From Macrostomum lignano (taxonomy: Eukaryota), in assembly GCA_002269645.1 (NCBI GenBank), contig NIVC01004600.1:1-30245 (forward strand): 30,245 nt of DNA, in the 5' to 3' direction. This document shows, one piece after another, positions 1-11,216 of the stretch. A model generated the notes under the pieces. The model was not told the DNA's origin, made no database searches, and saw only the letters and a program-made list of their open reading frames with translations. Within the stretch, counting starts at the first letter, position 1. Each line of letters begins with the position of its first letter. Position numbers and translations under genes: made by a program.

Positions 1-54
1 TAAAAAAATTCGTTAAAAAATCTGCACTAGAAAACTCTCTGATTTCTTTAAAGC

Positions 55-215
55 AAGGGGTGAGAAGAAAAGAGAAGGAATAGACGAGACGAGAAGAGAG
101 ATGAGAGGATAGAAGATGAGAAATAGAAGGGGAGAAGAGATTAGAGAGAGAAGATGAAAAAAGGTCGGAAAGGGAGATAGGACTGGAGATGAGAAAAGAG
201 AGTTGAGAAGAGAAT
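55..215. repeat. Purine-rich (GA) low-complexity tract
   Basis: Almost entirely G/A (gagaagagagatgagaggatagaagatgag...). The 141..335 minus ORF partly overlaps it. Confidence 0.8.
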
Positions 216-1084
216 TAAACCTCGAGCATGCCGGATTGCTATCAGGTTAGGACGCTTCAAAAGGCCGGGGGTTGCTGACCACTTCTCTAGATCGAGCATA
301 CTATAGCAACTAATCGAATTGTAATCCTCAGGCATGTACAGTCACTGTGCCTGGGGGACTTGCCCTTGATGGCTGTGAATCGCAACGACAAATCCAGCAT
401 GAATTCGATCCAGTCCTCACACTACGAGTATACAGAAAGTCATTCTTCACTTTCATGTTGACTGGGACTCAAGACGTTGTGTCCACTCGGGAGTCAATGT
501 CATGGCCTGGTTAGTAGCCATAGCCTCTATTGAATCGCGAAGATGATGGATGCTGCTACTCAGTTTGAATATTTTCCTCATCTCACCTGCAGCGGCAGTT
601 TCTATTTCTCCCTATACAATCTATCAGCTCAATTCGAAAAAGTGAGAGCACACAAAGCCGACCCAATGCTCAAGAAATGTCAAAGAGAGCCGCTCCGCTA
701 ACATCTGCTGCTTCCATTTTTGTGCTGTGTGTGCTAATCGGTAGATGGAAGCGCAATGCGAGCGAGGCTTAATGGAGCCTAGGACGGCCCCTCCTTGCTG
801 AGCAAATATTGAGCAAGTCATATGGAGCCAGCGCATTGCAATAATAAATTCATGCCACTGATGCCACTTCTTCTCTGACCGGATCCTCTTATAGGCACAA
901 TATATGCTAAACTGGACAACTCTTCAGCGAAATCTTTTGATGAAGCGACACTGGAGGAGGTCCCGGCCGGGTGTTTGTGTGCTCAAGCCAAGGAGGCTGC
1001 AAACTGAACTGCAACTTGGAGAGGGTAAGCAGCTCAACTCCACTCCACTGCCACAAAAATCCCTTTGTTTTAATTCACGAATAC

Positions 1085-1340
1085 ACTAATAAAACTGCAT
1101 GGTCCACCATCCTACGCCGGCGGCGACTTCAACTGGCGGGCCACGTGATCCGAGCCGAGGGCTACTGCCCCCTAACGTGCGAAGGACGTCCTGCTGCTCA
1201 CCTTCCAGGGCCCGTTCAGGCGGGGTCAGGCCCGAACCAGTCGATACGTGGACTGCCTGCTGTGCGACTCTGCTGTGGCGCCCGACACTGCCAACGGGGT
1301 GAACTTCGTCCACTCTCAGGCTCTGCGGCGCGCCATCTGA
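1085..1340 (+). mobile_element. Degenerate 3' end of an RTE-clade LINE ORF (post-RT C-terminal region)
   Basis: One frame reads WSTILRRRRLQLAGHVIRAEG. After a frameshift another frame reads DVLLLTFQGPFRRGQARTSRYVDCLLCD...RRAI* (TGA 1338-1340). This resembles the RTE C-terminal pattern (RRLRxAGH ... GxRxRGRxxxxYxDxL) recognised from memory. No RT core is visible. Confidence 0.55.
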
Positions 1341-2048
1341 TGCGCCCTGCTCTCACTGTGACTTGCATGAGGGCTGCGTACTTTGCTGTTGATTTTGTTG
1401 CTGTTGTTGGTAAGGACTTTCTTCACCTTGGTGAGATAAGCTCAGTCAAGTCTCTAGATGCCAAGATGGAGAACTTTGTCATCGGCAAGGTCCATGTTCC
1501 AATACAGCTGGACCACGGGACGAAGCAGTCACCGTCATCTCATCCGCCAATGTAATTGAGTCACTGCAGTTTTTAAACTCCAAGTTCTAGCTTTCGGTCT
1601 CCTTGACCCAGGCCGCTCGTGCGGGGCTCTTCATTCTCGGGAAGGAAGGGGGCGAACGAATCTCAAAAAAATGTTGATGATGCAAGCTTGAGATTGAAAT
1701 TCTGACGGCTCACAAGTGGCATAACTTCTCCCCCCGAGTGTCTCTTCCTGTTGCTTATATAATTGCCCTTACCTTTGGACAAACTGCCATACTCTTCATC
1801 AAGTAGATAAGGCTCGTGTCAATTTTAATATCAAGCCCCGACAAGTGTCCACACGTGGACTCCCCGTTGCTCACGCGCCGCTCAGAGTCCAGCAATCAAA
1901 GTGGATCTCAACTCTATGCCGAAAGGCGGGGCATCTTTTTTTTAAAGGGAAAAAACTCATTTTTAATTGTCTGTTCCAGCTCAATTACAATTATGAGATT
2001 AAAATTGTGAAGAGTGAAATTTAAGGAACTAATTTTAATTGCTCACAC

Positions 2049-2466
2049 CTTGACCCGTCAGCCTGACCAACCAGCCTGACCCACCGGCCTGATCCGTTAG
2101 CCTGACCCACCAGCCTGACCCACCAGCCTGACCGACCAGCCTGACCGACCAGCCTGACCCACCAGCCTGACCCGTCAGCCTGACCCACCAGCCTGACCCG
2201 TTAGCCTGACCCACCAGCCTGACCCACCAGCCTGACCGACCAGCCTGACCCACCAGCCTGACCCGTCAGCCTGACCCACCAGCCTGACCCGTTAGCCTGA
2301 CCCACCAGCCTGACCCAACAGCCTGACCGACCAGCCTGACCCACCAGCCTGACCCGTCAGCCTGACCCGTCAGCCTGACCCACCAGCCTGACCCACCGGC
2401 CTGACCAACCAACGTGACCCACCAGCCTCACCCTTCAGCCTGATCAAACATCCTGACCCACCAGCG
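2049..2466. repeat. Minisatellite, ~13-bp unit CAGCCTGACCCAC (variants ...CCGAC, ...CCGT), ~30 copies
   Basis: Direct tandem repetition read from the sequence. Confidence 0.95.
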
Positions 2467-2487
2467 TGAACTTCCAATTTCAAATGC

Positions 2488-2993
2488 TATGGGCGCCACT
2501 TTCTAATCTGATGGGCGCCACTTTCTAATCCGATGGGCGCCACTTTCTAATCTGATAGGCGCCACTTTCTAATCTGGTGGGTGCCACTTTCTAATCTGGT
2601 GGGCGCCACTTTCTAATCTGGTGGGCGCCACTTTCTAATCTGGTGGGCGCCACTTTCTAATCCGATGGGCGCCACTTTCTAATCTGATAGGCGCCACTTT
2701 CTAATCTGGTGGGTGCCACTTTCTAATCTGGTGGGCGCCACTTTCTAATCTGGTGGGCGCCACTTTCTAATCTGGTGGGCGCCACTTTCTAATCTGGTGG
2801 GCGCCACTTTTTAATCTGACAGGCGCCACTTTCTAATCTGACAGGCGCCACTTTAATCTGGTGGGCGCCACTTTCTAATCTGGTGGGCGCCACTTTCTAA
2901 TCTGGTGGGCGCCACTTTTTAATCTGACAGGCGCCACTTTCTAATCTGACAGGCGCCACTTTCTAATCTGGTGGGCGCCACTTTCTAATCTGG
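2488..2993. repeat. Minisatellite, 22-bp unit GGGCGCCACTTTCTAATCTGGT, ~23 copies
   Basis: Direct tandem repetition with a GGCGCC core and occasional GGTGCC variants. It abuts the 13-bp array. Confidence 0.95.
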
Positions 2994-3571
2994 CCACTTA
3001 CTTCCTACCGCATTCCCTTGTCTCGAGTTTCAAATCACCCACTGTTGAACTCCAAGACACTGCCGAACTGAAGGGCCCCGTTCACACCCCCACAGCCTGG
3101 TCAGATGGCCCGGTCATAACTCAACTCAGCTTGCCAATTAACTTCGTGCTCAAGTGGCTCAAGTGGCCACACGGCAGGAGAGAATATCCTCTCCGAGGGG
3201 AGCAGGGAGGGTAAGGGAAAAGGGGAAAGGGGAGATGATCTCCTGGATCCTCAGGGGCGCCGCATACCACTGAGTATAATATATAACATAGTCAAAGAGT
3301 CCGAGAAGCAGAAGACACCACAGCATGAGTATAAGGGGAATTTTTTGTTGAGAATTTTCCCTGTTGATTCCCACGGACTCAACGCATGTTGACTCAAGCA
3401 AGCCGCCAGTCTCAGTTCAACTCAATAAGAAGGAGGAAGCAAATTTAGTGAGGTGGGGGTTGGTGGTTTTTGAGCAGTTTTTGACGGCTATAGTCCCAGT
3501 TTTCTACCCATAGTCCCAGTGTTGAGAACCTGTTGGGCAGTCTGTTGCTGCTCTAGACTGGAGCTCACCGT

Positions 3572-3660
3572 GTTCTCATGCCAGTGAGAATCGAACCCGA
3601 TGTTTCTCCAGCTCAAACCCTTGGAAGACATTGGGAAACTTCAAGACTCAGCTAACCCCT
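3572..3660 (-). mobile_element. Possible tRNA-derived SINE head (box A/box B-like)
   Basis: Minus strand reads GGTTAGCTGAGTC...(~45 nt)...GGGTTCGATTCTC, i.e. Pol III box A-like and box B-like motifs. No full cloverleaf. Confidence 0.3.
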
Positions 3661-4665
3661 GCTGCCCTCCCCCAGCTGAAGATCGCCTGTAATTTAAGGC
3701 AGCGATATGAGGATCTTATTTCGAGTTTCAACTCTTATATACATACCTGCAGTGTGGTTTCTGAGAACCCAGTAATGCTTTGCTCCATTTTTTCTGCTTC
3801 CGTGCAAAAGAGAACATGTAGAAAAGAAAAAATTGCTTTTGAGAATCCAACCCATCTGTGACATCTCATTGTTCCTGTCCTCTCTCCTCACCCATGCTTT
3901 CTCCTGTCTAAGCTGCATGGCTAATTGATCAGGCACAACAAGCAGCTTACCTGTCTTAGCTCAATTCTTAAACTCAATTGCGCTCGAGTCGGAGGACGAC
4001 AGTAAAAAAACTTAATCCCTTTGACAGGCCTTCTCAAGCTCTTGAATTGTTTTGTTGCCAGCTTGACTTAGCACCATGCTTCCCCAGTTCAACAAGTCTC
4101 AAGCCTTTAGTCCAACCGCTAAGGGGGTCGCGTGCCAGCCATTACCCCCCCTTGTCAAACGGTTTCTCATTCAAACCGTTCAAAGTTGTTTTTTGTCAGC
4201 GCGTTCCGGTCCTGTGAGTTCTTCCGAGTCTCTCTGATGGCCGGAATCGGTTTTTGTTGCCACTTTTTTCTCTCTTCGGTAGTTCGCATCCTTTCTCTTA
4301 TTATATTTAGTCTGCCTGCTGATCTGGGCAATTCGCCACTTTCCCTGTCTGAGTCGTGTTCTCATCTCCGCATAGATACAAAGACTCTCTCTCTCCCCCC
4401 AGCCACACAAACAATTTATAGGGAAATTCCCTTGTCTTGTTGCCACCCGGACTGAACAAGACTAATACTGCAGTTGAGGAGGAGGCTCTATTGAGACTCA
4501 TTGTTGCACACCTCGACTTTGCCCGAGTCGAGGCCGGCCGTGTTTGCACTCTCACACACACCGCGCGGACAGCAAGCTGAATCTAACTTATTCAAGATAA
4601 TTATGCGAACCATTTTGTGTATAGAAGATGCTACATTGATGGCACAAGTCACGCCTCCGAGTCTG

Positions 4666-4696
4666 TATATATATATATATATATATATTTATATAG
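4666..4696. repeat. (TA)n microsatellite
   Basis: tatatatatatatatatatatttatata. Confidence 0.9.
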
Positions 4697-5080
4697 ATTG
4701 GATCAATAACTATCCTTATACTGTAGTATCCAACGGAATTGAACTTCCGGAAGTGCAAACTGACACCAACTAAACTGTCTACACAGCATCCCTGATCCTC
4801 ATACAGCATGGCCTTAAGAATGTCGAGAAGAATTCATGTGTTTTCTCACTGTGCACACATTAATGGTGAGCTGCTGGCCAAATAACTGCGGGTCTATATC
4901 GCCTCTATCGTCAATAGGTACAAGTGTCAATGCAGTTTTCAAAACGGGAGAACTTCTGACACCGCCAAGCATAACTCTATGGCCAAAACTGACTGTGTTT
5001 CTATTTGTGTTCACTTTCTTCTTTTTAGGTGTGTGAGCAGCTCAATTTAATTTCTATTAAGCCATTCTGCGTGCAAATTA

Positions 5081-5845
5081 GGTGCGCCAAACACAGGAGC
5101 GCAAGTTTCAGGTGGCGCCAAACACAGGAGCGCAAGTTTCAGGTGGCGCCAAACACAGGAGCGCAAGTTTCAGGTGGCGCCAAACACAGGAGCGCAAGTT
5201 TCAAGTGGCGCCAAACACAGGAGCGCAAGTTTCAGGTGGCGCCAAACACAGAAGCGCAAGTTACAGGGGGGTGTGGCGCCAAACACAGAAGCGCAAGTTA
5301 CAGGGGGGTGTGGCGCCAAACACACTAGCGCAAGTTACAGGGGGGTGTGGCGCCAAACACAGAAGCGCAAGTTACAGGGGGTGTGGCGCCAAACACAGAA
5401 GCGCAAGTTACAGGGGGGTGTGGCGCCAAACACAGAAGCGCAAGTTACAGGGAGGAGGTGGCGCCAAACACAGGAGCGCAAGTTACAGGTGGCGCCAAAC
5501 ACAGGAGCGCAAGTTACAGCACAGGGAGGAGGTGGCGCCAAACACAGGAGCGCAAGTTACAGGTGGCGCCAAACACAGGAGCGCAAGTTACAGGTGGCGC
5601 TAAACAGAGGAGCGCAAGTTTTAGGTGACGCCAAACACAGGAGCGCAAGTTACAGGTGGCGCCAAACAGAGGAGCAAAAGTTTCAGGTGGCGCCAAACAC
5701 AGAAGCGCAAGTTACAGGTGGCGCCAAACACAGGAGCGCAAGTTACAGGGAGGAGGTGGCGCCAAACACAGAAGCGCAAGTTACAGGGAGGAGGTGGCGC
5801 CAAACACAGGAGCGCAAGTTATAGGCGGGGATCTGGCGCCAAATA
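5081..5845. repeat. Minisatellite, 31-bp core unit GGTGGCGCCAAACACAGGAGCGCAAGTT(T/A)CA with longer G-rich variants, ~23 copies
   Basis: Direct tandem repetition with no unique spacers. It accounts for ORFs 5029-5904. Confidence 0.95.
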
Positions 5846-7171
5846 ACAGATCTATAATATTCTTCGGTCCATTCGGTCACTTCATAACTGCATTCAATGC
5901 GTAAGCCACTTCAATGGCTTCCTCTATTCCAACTCCGGCCCGGCCCGTCCCGCGGCAGAGTGTAAAATGAGAAGGGGTGCCCCCGCAGTTTGATACACGA
6001 GAGCTGCTGCAACTCTTACTGCAGTCACTCCACTCCTCAAACTGAACTGAGCAACTTGAGCTTGCATTACATTCCTTTATTCCTCCATTCCCCCCCCCCA
6101 GCGAGTTGAACACCAGAGTGAAAGTAGAGAGAAAATGACTGTCCGGTGGATTGCAAGCGAGAGAATCGCGGCAATATTTGAGAGCTGCACCACGTGTGTC
6201 GCAGATGGCGTCTCTTGTAGGGACTTTCACCCACCACCCAGCCGCCCGCCACAGTAAAATGCATGCTGCGCGGCCTCTTCAATATAACAGTCGCACCTCG
6301 CTGCAATGTGCATGCTCACTTAAAAAGCTGCCTGCACACCCCGTCCCTCAATCAAACGGTGAATAAAATGGTTGTTTCGGATTGGGAAGAATGTCAGCGA
6401 ATGCAAAAAAAAGTTTCCCAAAAAAATTCATTTTTTTCTCGCAGACCAAAACTCAACATATACTGCGTTGAGCACCTTCTCACTCCCCCCCCTTGAGTCT
6501 ATATTTTCCGCGCTGCACTCAACTGACTCGCGGTCACCAAGCAGGGGTTCCAGCAGTTGATCATGGGGCAAGGCAGGTATAGCCAGAGGTGGTGTCGGGT
6601 GCTGCACTGGGGGCCTCTTAAATTACCAAATAGCCGCACACGGGCGCGTTTTCCTCTCGAAGTTTTTCTTAAATATATTCCATTGGCCGGCTCAACTTCA
6701 CGAACCCGCAAGGGCGGTCGCGAGCAACATCTGTTGTTGAATGTCTTCGCTTTCCATTGCTCTGCTCTGCTCTCTCTCTCTATCCCATGCCATGCCTGTT
6801 TGCCTCACCAGTGACTGCCTATAGAGTTGACTGAAGTATGGCTCTAAGTATACGGCTAGCAAAGTATAATCTATAAAGGAATTGAATTAAAACTAATTTA
6901 TAAAAAAGCACACGGCAGCGCATAGCTAATACTGCAGACAGATGTGCATTATAATAAGAACTAAGGGTCATGGCTATTGATCTTAGATTCTTAGAATTCA
7001 TTCGGTTGCAAGGTCAAAGAATATAACTATAGAAGTTTGCCTACATAGATGTTTATTCTGTTGTTTTTTGCACAAGTTTCTCAAATTAATGCTGTATTCA
7101 TTTTGAGTTGATTTTTAACAGTCGAACAAACACGACTTCACGTTTATATGACTCTCTGCTTCAGTCAGCAA

Positions 7172-7975
7172 TACCTGTCTACCAGTCCATACCTACCTGT
7201 CTACCAGTCCATACCTACCTGTCTACCAGTCCATACCTACCTGTCTACCAGTCCATACCTACCTGTCTACCAGTCCATACCTACCTGTCTACTAGTCCAT
7301 ACCTACCTGTCTACCAGTCCATACCTACCTGTCTACCAGTCCATACCTACCTGTCTACCAGTCCATACCTACCTGTCTACCAGTCCATACCTACCTGTCT
7401 ACCAGTCCATACCTACCTGTCTACCAGTCCATACCTACCTGTCTACCAGTCCATACCTACCTGTCTACCAGTCCATACCTACCTGTCTACCAGTCCATAC
7501 TTACCTGTCTACCAGTCCATACCTACCTGTCTACCAGTCCATACTTACCTGTCTACCAGTCCATACCTATACCTGGTCTACCAGTCCATACCTACCTGTC
7601 TACCAGTCCATACCTACCTGTCTACCAGTCCATACCTACCTGTCTACCAGTCCATACCTACCTGTCTACCAGTCCATACCTACCTGTCTACCAGTCCATA
7701 CCTACCTGTCTACCAGTCCATACCTACCTGTCTACCAGTCCATACTTACCTGTCTACCAGTCCATACCTACCTGTCTACCAGTCCATACTTACCTGTCTA
7801 CCAGTCCATACCTATACCTGGTCTACCAGTCCATACCTACCTGGTCTACCAGTCCATATCTTCCGGGTCTACCAGTCTACACCTACCGGGTCTACCTACC
7901 AGTCTACCTACCAGTCTACACCTACCGGGTCTACCTACCAGTCTACCTAACAGTCTACACCTACCGGGTCTACCA
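7172..7975. repeat. Minisatellite, 22-bp unit CTACCTGTCTACCAGTCCATAC (~30 copies) grading into a divergent CTACCTACCAGTCTACACCTACCGGGT variant
   Basis: Direct tandem repetition. It accounts for ORFs 7108..7950 and 7148..8029. Confidence 0.95.
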
Positions 7976-8911
7976 ATTTATCTACCTAAACAGTCCACAA
8001 CTACCACCCTATCATTCCATTTACCATAGTAACAGATTTTGTTCAGAAAAAAATTAGAGTCTATATTACCAAGCGTAATGCAAACAGAGTAATCTATAAG
8101 CACAAAAAATACGTACGAGTATAACAGACACAGGACTATAGCACAGATTATTTAGGCTAAACTGTCAAAGTCACTCTACATAATAAGATTAAGACTGGTG
8201 CCCAGCACCGAATATTGTTGTATAACGTATGTATATCATAAATTCTTCACTGACAACACAACCGACAACCTGAGCTCATTGTACGCTCGTATATTCATTC
8301 AGGACAAGCTTCATAGTATGGGGGGAACCATACCTTTCTGAACCAAAAGTATGTACATAATTAGCTCTTCACCCACCCCCCCCCGAGGGACTTTGTCTCA
8401 CTGTCAAGTGCATAGCACTCTGGCAATAAGGGGATTATTTTCCCAAACAATACTCTGGCTTAGCTAGACTGGGCCGGATTAACAAATCCACGAGGCTCAC
8501 TCACTGCTCCCCCCCCGCTCACGAGGAAGCAAATTCCCAAAATGTGGACAAGCACCTCACCTCACCTCATCCCAAATATGATCCCAAATCCCAATGAAAA
8601 TTATGCTTCTCCAGTCTCCCGATCCCTCGGAGACGCGGCATCGTGAGCTGCACGAAAATTTCCCCAGCGGCACTCGTCCCCATTGGACGGGATAAATCTC
8701 CCGCCAGCCAATAGGAAGAGGCTAGCGGGGATCGGCTGAGGGTTCGGGGCCTCCTCCCCGACTCTGTTTGGGATTTATTAGCCGCCCAGCTGGGGAGCGA
8801 TCGATTCTCCCACCAACATCCCATAAAAATCCCAACAACTAAAGAGCTCCTCCCACAGCCCACAAAATATCCACAAAGCTTGTTCCTAAATATACACAAA
8901 ATAATCTGAGA

Positions 8912-9076
8912 ATGCAGAAATCCCACAGCAAGCGGCTCGCCCCGCCAGAGGCCTGTCTGGCCGGCGTGGTGGCCGCCGAGGCCATCCCGGAGGGCCAGCG
9001 GACCGGACGGCTGGCCGAGGCGCCGCAGTTTGCCCGGACACTGCGCGACGAGCGACAGGTCGCGAACTTTGTAGCG
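8912..9076 (+). CDS. PRDM13: PRDM13 orthologue, exon 1 (start of PR/SET domain)
   Basis: ATG at 8912 with an in-frame TAA just upstream. Reads MQKSH...AEAIPEGQRTG...NFVA, then donor GTAAGT at 9077 (phase 0). It joins in frame to exon 2. Confidence 0.75.
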
Positions 9077-9145
9077 GTAAGTCTTTTAGTTGGCGTTTTG
9101 GGTAACAGACGAGAGTAACTTGACTAAATATCCCTGCGCTTAGAT

Positions 9146-10090
9146 GGGGGGGGGGCGAACTCCGGCCCGCGAATCCTCTCTATCCGGCCGTCGGGTCCTT
9201 TGAAACTTCACAATAGCAATCTGGCCCGCTCAAGGTTCGTCTCTTCTCTCCCCTCTTCTCTCCTCTTCTCTCGCCTCATCTCACCCCTCTTCTCTCCCCT
9301 CTTCCCTCCCCTCTTCTCTCCCCTCTTCTCTCCCCTCTTCCCTCCCCTCTTCTCTCCCCTCTTCTCTCCCCTCTTCTCTCGCCTCATCTCACCCCTCTTC
9401 TCTCCCCTCTTCCCTCCCCTCTTCTCTCCCCTCTTCTCTCCCCTCTTCCCTCCCCTCTTCTCTCCCCTCTTCTCTCCCCTCTTCTCTCGCCTCATCTCAC
9501 CCCTCTTCTCTCCCCTCTTCCCTCCCCTCTTCTCTCCCCTCTTCTCTCCCCTCTTCCCTCCCCTCTTCTCTCCCCTCTTCTCTCCCCTCTTCTCTCCCCT
9601 CTTCCCTCCCCTCTTCTCTCCCCTCTTCTCTCCCCTCTTCTCTCCCCTCTTCCCTCCCCTCTTCTCTCCCCTCTTCTCTCCCCTCTTCCCTCCCCTCTTC
9701 TCTCCCCTCTTCTCTCCCCTCTTCTCTCCCCTCTTCTCTCCCCTCTTCTCCCCTCTTCTCTCGCCTCATCTCACTTCTCTTCTCTCCCCTCTTCTCTCCC
9801 CTCTTCTCTCCCCTCTTCTCCCCTCTTCTCTCGCCTCATCTCACTTCTCTTCTCTCCCCTCTTCTCTCCCCTCTTCTCTCCCCTCTTTTCTCCCCTCTTC
9901 TCTCACCTCATCTCTCCCCTCATCTCTCCCCTCTTCTCTACCCTCTTCTCTCTCTCCTCTCTCCTCTTTTCTTTCATCCCATCTCTCGGCCCTCTCTTCT
10001 CTTCTCTCTCATTTTCAATTCCCTTCCCTTATCTGCAGGCATGAGCTGAATTCTTTATCTATAGCCCTTCAGGTAAAAAGGTTTGTCCGG
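9146..10090. mobile_element. Decayed hAT-family non-autonomous element in PRDM13 intron 1, enclosing the CT-rich tract
   Basis: The left end (G)10CGAACTCCGGCCCGCGAATCCTCTCTATCCGGCC...CTGGCCCGC resembles one end of the intact hAT at 14856-15789 and is also preceded by CTTAGAT. The right end GCCCTTCAGGTAAAAAGGTT (10064-10083) resembles the other end. The outermost TIR bases and TSD are not intact. Confidence 0.45.
9240..10010. repeat. Polypyrimidine tandem repeat, 12-bp period (CCCTCTTCTCTC / CCCTCTTCCCTC, occasional CTCGCCTCATCTCAC)
   Basis: About 770 nt nearly all C/T. It accounts for ORFs 9200..10147, 9208..9495 and 9497..9769. Confidence 0.95.
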
Positions 10091-10174
10091 GTAAACGGCG
10101 TGAGTAACTATTACTACTTTATGATATTTAAATGCTCCGTCATCTAAGTAGCTAAATGCGAATGCTTCCACCAG

Positions 10175-10463
10175 GTCCGCCCGGTGTTCCGTAAGCAGTC
10201 GACGGATGTCGGAGGCATCGTGGACGAGCAGGGCGGCTTGGCCTGGGTCACCCGGCTGCAGGGGGCGCGCGACCGGGCCGAGCAGAATCTCGAGCTGCTG
10301 CTACAGGAGGATCCGACTGAGGAGACGCCGGAGGGAACTCGGAGGGGATTTTGGTTGAGAGCGACTCGCGAGATTCGACCCGGAGAGCAGCTGCTGGTCT
10401 GGTTTTCCGACGCTTGCGCCATGCAGCTGGGAGTTCCCGTGCTGTCTGTGCTCAACATCAGAG
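10175..10463 (+). CDS. PRDM13: PRDM13 orthologue, exon 2 (PR/SET domain core)
   Basis: Acceptor CCACCAG ends at 10174. Reads ...[21 protein letters not shown]...[20 protein letters not shown]..., the PR-domain pattern (WxxxxxxARxxxEQNL; RxIxPGEELxVWY). Donor GTGAGC at 10464 (phase 1). Confidence 0.9.
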
Positions 10464-10469
10464 GTGAGC

Positions 10470-10804
10470 GAGATGGGATCGGAGATGGGATCGGAGATGG
10501 GATCGGAGATGGGATCGGAGATGGGATCGGAGATGGGATCGGAGATGGGATCGGAGATGGGATCGGAGATGGGATCGGAGATGGGATCGGAGATGGGATC
10601 GGAGATGGGATCGGAGATGGGATCGGAGATGGGATCGGAGATGGGATCGGAGATGGGATCGGAGATGGGATCGGAGATGGGATCGGAGATGGGATCGGAG
10701 ATGGGATCGGAGATGGGATCGGAGATGGGATCGGAGATGGGATCGGAGATGGGATCGGAGATGGGATCGGAGATGGGATCGGAGATGGGATCGGAGATGG
10801 GATC
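10470..10804. repeat. Perfect 12-bp tandem repeat (GAGATGGGATCG) x ~28, filling most of PRDM13 intron 2
   Basis: 335 nt with no mismatch seen. It accounts for the GDGI, PSPI, SEMG and SHLR ORFs. Confidence 0.97.
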
Positions 10805-10860
10805 CTATTTCGGAGATCAAATCTCAACATGATCAAATTGTTCCCTTCACCAACCCGCAG

Positions 10861-11185
10861 CGCATCACTGCTACCAGTGCCACCTGTGCCAGAGGAAGTT
10901 TCTCCACCCGAACGTGCTCAAGGCGCACCTGATGCACGCATGCACCAGCGACTCGCTGCACCAACATCAGCAGCACCGCCTGGCCCCTCCACCGCTCCAT
11001 CTGCCGTCGCCGCACCCGCTGCAGCTTCAACAGTTGCAGATGCAGCTCCAGCTGCAGCTGCAGCTTCAGCGCGGCATTCTCGAGTTCGCCGCCAACCATC
11101 GGGTCGCTCCTCCGCCGGACCTGCTCGCCCTGCTCCGCCGGTTCGGCCAGCAGCCTCCGTCATCTGCACCGACGCTGCCACCGCC

Positions 11186-11216
<31 letters not shown>

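Noticed and set aside
594-775. Short + frame after a CAG acceptor resembling a GPCR loop and TM6 (KRAAPLTSAASIFVLCVLI)
   Set aside because: It is a single short segment with stops in the neighbouring frames and no other transmembrane exons identified. Too weak to call.
5081-5845. CRISPR-like array (repeat length about 31 bp)
   Set aside because: The units are contiguous with no unique spacers, there are no cas genes, and the context is a spliced eukaryotic genome.
7108-8029. 280- and 293-aa ORFs (YLSTSPYLPVYQSIPTCLPVHT repeats)
   Set aside because: These are translations of a stop-free 22-bp minisatellite, with no splice or domain evidence.
9200-10147. 315-aa Pro/Leu/Phe/Ser ORF and minus-strand EEGR/KRGE ORFs
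   Set aside because: They are artefacts of the intronic polypyrimidine repeat.
10144-10836. (PSPI)n, (SEMG)n, (SHLR)n ORFs, or a collagen-like (GDGI)n exon
   Set aside because: All come from the 12-bp intronic array. The period is four residues, not Gly-X-Y, and good splice sites flank the array.
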